48,377 bases of DNA from Eubacteriales bacterium. Its GTDB lineage: Bacteria > Bacillota > Clostridia > Oscillospirales > CAG-272. Positions 1-8,002 of the stretch are shown here, one piece after another. Made by a program: the position numbers and the translations under genes. The stretch lies in the NCBI GenBank assembly GCA_045658205.1, contig JAZOUM010000004.1, positions 1-48,377 of the forward strand, written 5' to 3'. The notes beneath the pieces are model-generated. The model was not told the origin of the DNA. It saw only the letters and a program-made list of their open reading frames with translations, and ran no database searches. Position 1 is the first letter of the stretch, and each line of letters begins with the position of its first letter.

Positions 1-117
1 GATGCCGCCCTTTTTGCTGAGTATGTCGCTTTCGTTTTCAATTACCATCTTGATGGGAAGCTGTATCTTTCCGAATGCGGCGTTGTTTACGTTTGAATTT
101 TTAGAATAAATTATCAT
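1..117 (-). CDS. Probable major capsid protein, N-terminal 39 aa (runs off left edge)
   Basis: Not in ORF track. ATG at 117 preceded by AAAGGAG; reads MIIYSKNSNVNNAAFGKIQLPIKMVIENESDILSKKGGI with no stop. Capsid call rests on position after scaffold/decoration genes. Confidence 0.55.
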   Translation of the reverse strand, partial: MIIYSKNSNVNNAAFGKIQLPIKMVIENESDILSKKGGI

Positions 118-136
118 TTTGATCTCCTTTAAATTT

Positions 137-529
137 TTATCTGTGGAAGCGTACATAAACGAGATGCTTGTCGTCATCTATCTCGATTATAGTACCCTTG
201 CCATTGGTGTTATAGGTTACGGCGTCCATCTTGCCCTTGAGATTAGCGAGTCCAACGCTCATTCCGAGAAATGGATTTGCGCTACCCGTGTATTCTACCT
301 TGAATACCATATTGTCGTTTATCATCATTACGTCGATGATGCCCGATTCGCTGCTCGCCGTATCCTTGAGTGCGAGATAGTGTGGCTTTGTCGTTGCGGA
401 GGGGAAGGCTACTGTTCCGTTCTGATGCATCAGCATACAGCCCATCTTGATATCGTTGCCACCGTTGTTTTTCAGTCTCACTGTCTCGTACTGGTTATTA
501 CCGTTTAATACCTTAACGAGTCTGAACAT
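137..529 (-). CDS. Phage head protein, probable capsid decoration/cement protein
   Basis: 130 aa, beta-rich looking, AAAAGGAG RBS, lies between scaffold-like and capsid-like genes; function inferred from position. Confidence 0.5.
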   Translation of the reverse strand: MFRLVKVLNGNNQYETVRLKNNGGNDIKMGCMLMHQNGTVAFPSATTKPHYLALKDTASSESGIIDVMMINDNMVFKVEYTGSANPFLGMSVGLANLKGKMDAVTYNTNGKGTIIEIDDDKHLVYVRFHR

Positions 530-543
530 TGTTTCACTCCTTT

Positions 544-1005
544 TTACTTAGTTACTCTTTTGTAAAGGCGCTGTATTTCCACGTCGCTTCTACCGGGGAA
601 AAGCTCACGCGCGATAGCTAGTTCCGACTGCGACATCATACCCGTGTCGGCTGCGGCGCGCTTTCCATAGGCGCTTTTGAGATGTGAGCGAGTGTCGAGT
701 ATTCTGTTTTTTGAGGTTGCAAGATATGCCTCCTCAGCGGACAGACCAAGATCGCGTAACGCCGCGTAGCGCATAGGATTTTCAAGCTCGGTTATATCCG
801 TGATGGCTCCAAGCTCCGGAAACTGTGTCTTTAATTCACGGATGTCGTTGGCTAATATCTCGGCATAATCTACTTGGTTATCAACAATATCCACAGACGC
901 ATCGGCGTCGGTAACGGGCGCCTCGACTGTTTCTTCGCCTACCTCCGCCTTTACTGATTCTTCGGATGCGGATTCGATGTTGTTGCGCTCATTCAAATTA
1001 TCCAT
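544..1005 (-). CDS. Probable capsid scaffolding protein
   Basis: Very acidic low-complexity N-terminus, helical middle, short basic C-terminal helix pair (ELAIARELFPGRSDVEIQRLYKRVTK); located upstream of capsid genes. Confidence 0.55.
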   Translation of the reverse strand: MDNLNERNNIESASEESVKAEVGEETVEAPVTDADASVDIVDNQVDYAEILANDIRELKTQFPELGAITDITELENPMRYAALRDLGLSAEEAYLATSKNRILDTRSHLKSAYGKRAAADTGMMSQSELAIARELFPGRSDVEIQRLYKRVTK

Positions 1006-1007
1006 CG

Positions 1008-1160
1008 TTACTTACTTCCTTTAACTCGGAGATCACCCTCGGTTTTGATCACGCGGCTTTTGGGCTCGTTTTCGGGGGTGGAGGGCGCTGCGATTTTGCC
1101 TATACCGAGATTGCGGTAAGGTGCGCTCTTATCGATAGTGTGATTGGTTTTCTTGTTCAT
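1008..1160 (-). CDS. Small basic 50-aa protein of the phage-like head cluster
   Basis: Below ORF-track cutoff. AGAAAGGA RBS, ATG 1160, MNKKTNHTIDKSAPYRNLGIGKIAAPSTPENEPKSRVIKTEGDLRVKGSK, TAA 1008-1010; fills the gap between co-oriented genes. Confidence 0.7.
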   Translation of the reverse strand: MNKKTNHTIDKSAPYRNLGIGKIAAPSTPENEPKSRVIKTEGDLRVKGSK

Positions 1161-1193
1161 TGTTTTTCCTTTCTTAGTAAGAATTGTTAGTTG

Positions 1194-1901
1194 TTAATTT
1201 GATCTTTGCTCGAGAAACTCAAGATAGTCCTCCGAGATGTTGCCGTAGTATTCGAGTAGCTCGTTTATCTCTTCGGCAAAGCTTTGTGCGTCGTTTTCGG
1301 AAACTCCCATTTTTATAGCGAGCATTTTAGCTCCGTTTTTGTCAAGGCCGAGGGTGACAACCTCGTTAAGTACCTTGTTAAACACCTTTTGCTTGGTCAC
1401 CTCGTATGCGCTTTGACCGGCAAGAGTGGCATCCTCCTTTGACAGACCTGCGCTTATTCCGTAAGCTATCGCCGTACCGAGATCGACCACCTCATTTTTT
1501 ATCAGATGAGAGGTTACGCTGTTTTTTAAGCGACTCTGCTTATCCTTGTAATTTTCGAGATACGTAGCGTATGAGGATCTTGACTTCGCTTCTTCATTTG
1601 CATAATCTGAGGATAATTTCAACTTGTTCTTGCTGAACATATTTTCAGACAAATCATTTACGTAGGAGGCGAAACCGCTGTTTTGTAAACCTTTGTTGTT
1701 GATTTTCGCATCATTGGTACCGTAAGATGACAAGTTTCGCTTTGATTCGGCGTAAAGTGACGCCATAGCATCGGAATAACTTTTGGCTGTGTAAAGACCG
1801 TTTTTGTGCTTATAAAGATCGTATGTGTCAGCCTCGTTTTGCATAAGGCTTTTTGCGAGCTGCTGTTTTACAAGCTCCTCAAGCGTAGTTACCTTTGTCA
1901 C
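1194..1901 (-). CDS. Hypothetical protein in phage-like cluster (possible minor head/ejection protein)
   Basis: 235 aa helical-looking ORF; GTG start overlaps portal stop (GTGA) with AGGAGGTG RBS. Confidence 0.6.
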   Translation of the reverse strand: MTKVTTLEELVKQQLAKSLMQNEADTYDLYKHKNGLYTAKSYSDAMASLYAESKRNLSSYGTNDAKINNKGLQNSGFASYVNDLSENMFSKNKLKLSSDYANEEAKSRSSYATYLENYKDKQSRLKNSVTSHLIKNEVVDLGTAIAYGISAGLSKEDATLAGQSAYEVTKQKVFNKVLNEVVTLGLDKNGAKMLAIKMGVSENDAQSFAEEINELLEYYGNISEDYLEFLEQRSN

Positions 1902-3619
1902 AAGCCTTCACCTCCTGAAACGTCCTGTATATCCGAAAAATATTCAACGTTTTCTCTCGCGTACGGATAGTGCGCTCTTTCCTGACATTGCCAATAGCGG
2001 AGCAGGGTTGCAGGATTTGCCGGATCGCCGAGCGTTCCTGCCTTGAGATTTTCAAGATTTCTTTGCCACAGCGCCTCGCGCTGATATTCGCTTCCGCCGT
2101 TCAGATCGACGGTGAAAAGGTATGCGTCGTCGTAAAAATAACTGTTACTCCTTCGGTCAAACTCTACAAAATCATATCGAGAGAATTCCGACTCGTGGAT
2201 TCTTCCGTACGCGTCCTTGTATGAAAGAGTGCGAGGCTCATCCGCAAATGCAAGGTACAAAGCGAAAATGATGCGATCTATTCTTGCGTATGCGGCATGC
2301 TTCATCTTTTTCTTTGATTCAAGTCTGCCCGACGCTTGATTGATTCTCAACTGCTTCGCGTAACCAGATTCTGCATACGCTCCGGTATCTACGCCTTGGA
2401 ATGCGTCTGAAATTCCGATTACTCGCTTGGCGTGATCGTAGAGCCTTTCCGCCTCGGCTATATCCTGGGATATGTCCGGAGTCGTGTCGACTTTTCCGTA
2501 TTGAGCGGCGCTTTCACCCGGCTTCATCTTTATCACTTGTCCAAAGACTGAGTTGTTGAGTGAAATACTTGCGTCCTCAGGTACGATAGGGGTGATTCCG
2601 GCTCTGAGGAGTTTTTTGAGAATTCGTGACTCCACCTTATTTATAGCCTGTTGCTCCGGACGTATATAATCACAGTCCGATTGACCAAATAGCTGTTTCT
2701 CCGCGGAGGTGTTTTTTCGGATAACTATAGGGAAGAGCTTGGGAACGTAGTAAGGGATGCTTACCGAAAATGGTTTCTCACTACCGGTGGTGTATTGTAT
2801 TTGCTCGTATCCGATCTCTTCGTCCTTTATTTTCCTATCCTTACAAGAGCAGCGCGCTTCGCTTTCCCCACAAAGCATACAGGTCCTCTTCTTTCGCTTA
2901 TAGTACCTTGGGATGTCCGAAAGCGTCAGGTCTCCTGAGAATATGTACCTTCCTATCTCTCCGTCATCGTCGCGATAGAAGCAGATTACGATGCGTACGG
3001 TATCCGAGGCATCCACGCCGCCGTCGTATTCGTATTCGTAGTCTGCAAGGGAGGTCAAATCTTCTCTGATACCGTACCTTCTTGTCAATTCACTTTTTGT
3101 AGTCAGGAATTTTAAGAAGCAATAGTCCATATCCTCTACGCTGTAGATGTTTGGCTGAGGGATAAAATCTCTCGGAGATATGCATTCAATGCGCACGCCT
3201 CCGACCTCTCCCATATATTCCGACTCGTTATCCCAATCCACGTACCATACGCTACCTCCGTAGATATAGGTGTATCTTTCATCCATATCATTCATTTCGT
3301 CGAAGGGGAGCCTGTTTCTTACCGAACGACAAAGACGTTCTATGGACATTGCGTTACGCCCTCTTTTTTCGCTGTAGGATGTAGCGTCTGCTTTGGGAGA
3401 GGGGATTGCGGAGCTTACTTGGCTCTCGACGATTTCGTAGGTTATGTTTCTCACAGTAATTGCCGCCTCATCTGAGCCGTCTATTTCGCAGGAGCCCTTG
3501 TATTGCTTCATAGCTCGATCGAAGGCCTCGATATGTGGGGCGTATGAGTTTTCGGCGCATTGAAACAGAGCTTTGAAGAATTCAAGCCTCAGCGCCTCGT
3601 TTTTGTTTTCAATTTTCAA
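1898..3619 (-). CDS. Phage portal protein (large, P22-like size)
   Basis: Follows terminase; likely TTG start at 3619 overlapping terminase TGA with GGAG RBS; about 573 aa with portal-like segments (RNITYEIVESQV, FGQSDCDYIRPEQQAINK, GISDAFQG). Confidence 0.75.
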   Translation of the reverse strand: MKIENKNEALRLEFFKALFQCAENSYAPHIEAFDRAMKQYKGSCEIDGSDEAAITVRNITYEIVESQVSSAIPSPKADATSYSEKRGRNAMSIERLCRSVRNRLPFDEMNDMDERYTYIYGGSVWYVDWDNESEYMGEVGGVRIECISPRDFIPQPNIYSVEDMDYCFLKFLTTKSELTRRYGIREDLTSLADYEYEYDGGVDASDTVRIVICFYRDDDGEIGRYIFSGDLTLSDIPRYYKRKKRTCMLCGESEARCSCKDRKIKDEEIGYEQIQYTTGSEKPFSVSIPYYVPKLFPIVIRKNTSAEKQLFGQSDCDYIRPEQQAINKVESRILKKLLRAGITPIVPEDASISLNNSVFGQVIKMKPGESAAQYGKVDTTPDISQDIAEAERLYDHAKRVIGISDAFQGVDTGAYAESGYAKQLRINQASGRLESKKKMKHAAYARIDRIIFALYLAFADEPRTLSYKDAYGRIHESEFSRYDFVEFDRRSNSYFYDDAYLFTVDLNGGSEYQREALWQRNLENLKAGTLGDPANPATLLRYWQCQERAHYPYARENVEYFSDIQDVSGGEGL

Positions 3620-4980
3620 TGCGGTTCTCCGTATTTCTGTTTTAGATATTTTTTGCCACCCTCGTCTGCAGAGTTGTAATCTTCCCACATATCTTTAGTC
3701 CATATCGTGTATTTCTTTTTTTCTAATGCTTCGTTGGGCCTTGTGTGAAAGATTGCAAATCCTCGCAGAGCATCGGGGGCGTGTGTGATTTCGTGGGGCT
3801 CGTTAGCGCAATCCGTAGGTCTGATTTTGTCTATCGTCAAAGCAGGTAAGCATTTGATTATTTCGTTACAGCTTCTGAATATCTGAAGCTTTGCGCCATC
3901 ACCGGTATCGCATAACAGCTCCTTGATCGCAAGCCAGCCGCATTCTCTATCGTTAGAGGTCTTGGTAAACGTAACACCAAATTCGTGGAAAATACTCGCC
4001 TTTGTTTTTCCGGACTCTTGTGTCCTTGAGAAAAGATCGGGCGGCGCTAAGGTAGCGTAGATATCCTCGTTTTCGGACGTTCTCTCTATTATAGCCTTTG
4101 CCGCGGCACTGATCGGAAGACCCGATTCGCAATATTCGCGGTATACGTACACGCGTCCGTCCGGTGAGACCGCGATCCATAGCACAGCCAAACGGTCGAG
4201 TCCGTAGTCTATAGTCCGGTATCTTCTCCAGGACGGCGGTATTTCAAACGGCTCGCATATATGCTTTTTTGTTGAGAATTCAGTAAAGTATTGTCCCTCG
4301 AAAATGTTCCAATCTCCATATAGAAGTGCCTTTTTTTCTCTTTCCGGCAATGCCTCGAGTCTCTTTCTGTAATCGGGATCGCTCTTGTTGAGAAAGTCGT
4401 TGTCGCATAAAAGCGAAGGGAGAAATACGCGCGTCATTTCTCCGTCCGCACAAAAGGCGCGTGTGCTTGGCGCGGGATCTACGAATCGCGCTTTTACCCA
4501 GGAGTGCCCCACGCCTCCGGGGTTGGTTGAGGATTTGATCTGCTTTGGAAATGGGTTTGCGCCTCTCACTCGTGAAATTAAATACACGTACTGCATTTCG
4601 GTAAAATGCGTCAGCTCGTCAAATCTTATACAGTCGTATTCCGCGCTTTGGTACTGATACACGTCGTTCTCGTTTGCGCAGTAGCCAAAATCTATACACG
4701 AGCCGTTTTTAAATTTCCCCGTGTGACTTGAGGAGTTGAAAGAGTAGATCTCCTTTGGATATAGGCTGAGGCTTGTGCGAATGAGCGATTTATCAAGCTC
4801 GGAAAAGGTTCGTCTTAGTATCAGCTGCTTTGAGCCGGGATACTTTAATGCGAATAAGAGAGCGTCTACGATTTGTCCAAAGGATTTACCGCCTCCGGCA
4901 GCCCCGCCGAAGAGAACCTCGTTTTCCCTTGCGTCTATGAATCTCTTTTGCTTTTTCGTTACCTTTAAATCAATTTTCAT
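3616..4980 (-). CDS. Phage terminase large subunit
   Basis: Walker A GGAAGGGKS, Walker B IRFDELT, coupling motif STNP, nuclease-domain IDYG and HAPDALR; uninterrupted 454 aa. Confidence 0.93.
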   Translation of the reverse strand: MKIDLKVTKKQKRFIDARENEVLFGGAAGGGKSFGQIVDALLFALKYPGSKQLILRRTFSELDKSLIRTSLSLYPKEIYSFNSSSHTGKFKNGSCIDFGYCANENDVYQYQSAEYDCIRFDELTHFTEMQYVYLISRVRGANPFPKQIKSSTNPGGVGHSWVKARFVDPAPSTRAFCADGEMTRVFLPSLLCDNDFLNKSDPDYRKRLEALPEREKKALLYGDWNIFEGQYFTEFSTKKHICEPFEIPPSWRRYRTIDYGLDRLAVLWIAVSPDGRVYVYREYCESGLPISAAAKAIIERTSENEDIYATLAPPDLFSRTQESGKTKASIFHEFGVTFTKTSNDRECGWLAIKELLCDTGDGAKLQIFRSCNEIIKCLPALTIDKIRPTDCANEPHEITHAPDALRGFAIFHTRPNEALEKKKYTIWTKDMWEDYNSADEGGKKYLKQKYGEPH

Positions 4981-5320
4981 CGCCTATCACCTCGAGCATG
5001 ACCTTTATATCCTTATCTTCATCTGTCAGTCTGGTGTCGCCCATACCGAACTCGGAGGTTAAGAGAAATTTAGTGAATGATGAGTCAAACCGTTTTACCA
5101 GCCCATTGTCAATCAGATAATCTCTGCGGATTTCGCTGCACTCTTGGTATGCTCTCTCAAATTCACGGTGCTTTCTGTATTTCTCGATATCGTCAAGCGT
5201 TGCTCCGATGCTTCTTGCGAATTTAGAATAGCTCGGTGCTCCGGGACCGTCGTATCCAAGGAAAAAGGTGTATATCCTTCGTGGAAGGTCGTTTGTGTAT
5301 TTTGAGTGATTTTTCTTCAT
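4970..5320 (-). CDS. Probable terminase small subunit
   Basis: Directly upstream of and overlapping the large subunit; HTH-like PSYSKFARSIGATLDDIEKY followed by helical segment ending FTKFLL, reminiscent of P22 gp3-type packaging proteins; ATG 5320 with GGAAGGA upstream. Confidence 0.7.
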   Translation of the reverse strand: MKKNHSKYTNDLPRRIYTFFLGYDGPGAPSYSKFARSIGATLDDIEKYRKHREFERAYQECSEIRRDYLIDNGLVKRFDSSFTKFLLTSEFGMGDTRLTDEDKDIKVMLEVIGDEN

Positions 5321-5421
5321 TGCTTCATATCCTTCCGCCAATGATCTGTCGGGCTCTATAGCGCTCCGTAGCACTTATCGTTCATGACTCGGTAAGTGGG
5401 ATCTCCCTCATCGGCAAGACC

Positions 5422-5450
5422 ATTATATCTCAAAAGGAAAGAAAAGTAAG
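5422..5450 (-). promoter_or_regulatory. Putative promoter of the phage-like cluster (perfect -10, poor -35)
   Basis: TATAAT at 5427-5422; hexamer 17 bp upstream is CTTACT. Confidence 0.5.
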
Positions 5451-5465
5451 TACAGTAGCCAACTG

Positions 5466-5495
5466 AAAAAACGGCAGGAAAACGCTCCTGCCGTT
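5466..5495 (-). terminator. Rho-independent terminator upstream of terminase promoter
   Basis: AACGGCAGGA-gcgttt-TCCTGCCGTT followed by T tract on minus strand. Confidence 0.75.
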
Positions 5496-5584
5496 GGTAA
5501 AGATATACAAAAAATAAAGGGATTTGGAATACCCGAAATTGGTATGGTTGAAAAACGCTCTTTTTGCGTATTTTTTAGCGCCTT

Positions 5585-5646
5585 AAAAAACAAAAAGGAG
5601 TGAATATGCGCTTTATCCTTAACGTAGAATACGCGTACTCACTCCT
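5585..5646 (-). terminator. Terminator of ABC-F gene
   Basis: Stem AGGAGTGAGTACGCG / CGCATATTCACTCCT followed by TTTTGTTTTTT, about 20 nt after the stop codon. Confidence 0.7.
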
Positions 5647-5667
5647 GCTTGGGTATTTAATTTGAGG

Positions 5668-7599
5668 TTACATAACAAGCTCGTAAAGCTCGAGTAGTTC
5701 CTCTTCTATTTTTGTTTTTTCCTCTTCGATCTCCGCCGCGCGCACGTAATTTGACGCCGCATCTCCGAAAAGCTCCTCTTCGAGCTCTAACAGCCTTGCT
5801 TCAAGCTTCGGGATTTTTTCCTCCGCTTGCTTTATTTTTCTTTCTTCGCTTCGTTTTTTTGCGTTTTCGCGTTTTCTCTCTTCGTAATCGGCTTTGCTGT
5901 CAGAGGCTTTTGTGTTCGCGCTTGCCACGTAATTTCTTTCCTTTATTATTTGTCGCATGCGCATATATTCTGTAAAGGCGTCGTCATAGCTTTCGAGCTC
6001 ATAGTCCCTCATGCCCTTATCGCTCGCAGGATCAAGCTCTATTATTCTTGTCGCTACCTTATTTATAAAGTAACGGTCGTGCGATACCGCGATTATTGTA
6101 CCGGGAAAGGCTATAAGCGCGCTCTCAAGCGCCTCGCATGAGCCTATATCGAGGTGGTTGGTGGGCTCGTCCATGATCAGAAGGTTAACCTTTTTTAATA
6201 TGAGCTTGGCGAGTGTAAGTCTTGCTCGCTCTCCACCCGAGAGAGTGGATATCCTCTTGTCGATATCGTCTGCTCCAAAGAGAAAGAGCGCCAACGTGCT
6301 TCGCAGTTCAACGTCGTTCTTCTCCGGATATTCATCGTGCATTTCCTCAAAGACGGTTTTTGAGTCGGTGAGACCTCTGTTCTCCTGATCGTAGTATCCG
6401 ATCTTTATATTGTATCCGAGCGTTATGCGTCCCGCCTTTGGGATCAGCATGGAGTTCATTAGTCGCATCAAAGTGGATTTTCCTGATCCGTTAGGACCAA
6501 GGAACATTACTCTTTCATCCTTTCTTATTAAAAAGGAAAGATTTTTGATAAGCGGCTTTGCTCCGTAGTCAAAGGCTAACTCCTTTACCTCCATGACGTC
6601 TCCGGCACTTTCCTCCTCGGCAGTAAATCTGACGCGTATATCCTTTGGCGCCTTGGGCGCAAGCTCGACAAGCTCCATTCGCGCGAGCTGCTTTTCCTTT
6701 GAGCGAATGGTGACAAAGTTATGCTCACGGTTGCATCGGCGCTGGAATTCTATATTTGCTTTGATGCGCGCGATTTCCTTTTGCTGCTCCTTATATCTTT
6801 TTTCAAGAGACGCCGCTTCTGCTTCTTGCTGCTCCTTGCACTGAGAATAAGAGCCGTGGAAAAGCTTTGCCTTCGAATACTGTATATGAAGAGTTTTATT
6901 AGTTGTACGGTCAAGGAAGTATCTGTCGTGTGAGATGATAAGTACAGTCTTTTTATACGACGCTATATATCCCTCAAGCCATTCGAGGGCATCTATGTCG
7001 AGATGGTTGGTGGGCTCGTCTAACATAAGAATGTCGGGCTCGGTTGCAAGCAAACGAGCTAAAGCCAGTCTTGTGTACTGACCACCGGAGAGAGTACGTA
7101 TTCTTTGGTTTATAAGCGATTCTTCAAAGCCAAGACGCATCAGCATACCCTTACAGCGTGAACGGAACTCAAGACCTCCGCGCTCTGTGAACATTCTGTT
7201 TTGCTCGGTCAATCTTTCCGTTAATTCTATTGTAAGATCGTGATCGCCCTTGTTGGCTGCCTGAGCCAAAAGCGTTTCGGTTCTTGATATGGCGGCTTCA
7301 AGCTCGAGAAGCTCGGGGAAGGCTGTGTACATATACTCAAGGCAGGTTACCTCTCCCGGCAGAGCGGTGAGATCCGGATTCTGCTCGAGCATTCCGACGG
7401 TATGTCCCTTTTGAACGTATACTGCGCCTGAATCCGCCTCGGATACACCGGCGATTATTCGGAATAAAGAAGTTTTGCCCGCTCCGTTGACGCCGATAAT
7501 ACCGACTCTGGCGCCGTCGTTTACCGCTAAGGATATATCCTTTAGTATGACGTCCGTGCCGTAAGCTAAGCAGACGTCCTGTGTGGAAAGTGCTATCAT
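5668..7599 (-). CDS. ABC-F family ribosome-associated ATPase
   Basis: Two ABC domains (GVNGAGKT/LSGGQ/LDEPTNHLD and GPNGSGKS/LSGGE/MDEPTNHLD), no TM segments, C-terminal coiled coil. Confidence 0.93.
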   Translation of the reverse strand: MIALSTQDVCLAYGTDVILKDISLAVNDGARVGIIGVNGAGKTSLFRIIAGVSEADSGAVYVQKGHTVGMLEQNPDLTALPGEVTCLEYMYTAFPELLELEAAISRTETLLAQAANKGDHDLTIELTERLTEQNRMFTERGGLEFRSRCKGMLMRLGFEESLINQRIRTLSGGQYTRLALARLLATEPDILMLDEPTNHLDIDALEWLEGYIASYKKTVLIISHDRYFLDRTTNKTLHIQYSKAKLFHGSYSQCKEQQEAEAASLEKRYKEQQKEIARIKANIEFQRRCNREHNFVTIRSKEKQLARMELVELAPKAPKDIRVRFTAEEESAGDVMEVKELAFDYGAKPLIKNLSFLIRKDERVMFLGPNGSGKSTLMRLMNSMLIPKAGRITLGYNIKIGYYDQENRGLTDSKTVFEEMHDEYPEKNDVELRSTLALFLFGADDIDKRISTLSGGERARLTLAKLILKKVNLLIMDEPTNHLDIGSCEALESALIAFPGTIIAVSHDRYFINKVATRIIELDPASDKGMRDYELESYDDAFTEYMRMRQIIKERNYVASANTKASDSKADYEERKRENAKKRSEERKIKQAEEKIPKLEARLLELEEELFGDAASNYVRAAEIEEEKTKIEEELLELYELVM

Positions 7600-7656
7600 T
7601 ATATCTCCTATATGGAAGCTCTCAAGATAAGATTCTTCCGAAAAAGTCTTACAGTA

Positions 7657-7685
7657 ATTGTAGCATTTTTCGTCGCTTATGTCAA
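7657..7685 (-). promoter_or_regulatory. Sigma-A promoter of ABC-F gene
   Basis: TTGACA-17 bp-TACAAT with extended TGn. Confidence 0.7.
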
Positions 7686-7731
7686 GATGGGCAGTATATT
7701 GCCGGTTTTGGAGCGTATATTCATCATAGTG

Positions 7732-7915
7732 TGAATAAATATGCTATAAAAATGAATATGAATGTGTGAATTATCTTGAATAAAGTTATCTTGAAAATAG
7801 AATTGTAAGTCTAAATACAAAACAAAATGGCGAATTATTTGTATTTGGTGCATAAATATAATTTGTGTCTGCGTCATAATATTAGCAAAACACAACAAAA
7901 GTGAATTATTTTTCA
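7732..7915 (+). promoter_or_regulatory. Candidate ArgR/AhrC (ARG box) operator sites
   Basis: TGAATAAATATGCT (7732), TGCATAAATATAAT (7849), TGAATTATTTTTCA (7902) resemble the TGMAT-N4-ATKCA ARG box, in an AT-rich region. Confidence 0.4.
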
Positions 7916-7923
7916 AAAAAGTG

Positions 7924-7952
7924 TTGACTTTATGCATTGATGGGTGTATAAT
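7924..7952 (+). promoter_or_regulatory. Sigma-A promoter of amino-acid ABC operon
   Basis: TTGACT-17 bp-TATAAT. Confidence 0.75.
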
Positions 7953-8002
7953 TATGACATCAAAAACCAAAGGCGAGAGCCTAAATGAAAGAGGAAAAGA
8001 AA

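Noticed and set aside
5321-5667. Prophage att site or integrase remnant at the cluster boundary
   Set aside because: No tRNA, no recombinase-like fragment and no repeat partner visible in the window; cannot be excluded without the other end.
5668-7599. Antibiotic-resistance ABC-F
   Set aside because: No leader peptide or mobile context seen; length and C-terminal coiled coil fit a housekeeping ABC-F. Subfamily needs an HMM search.
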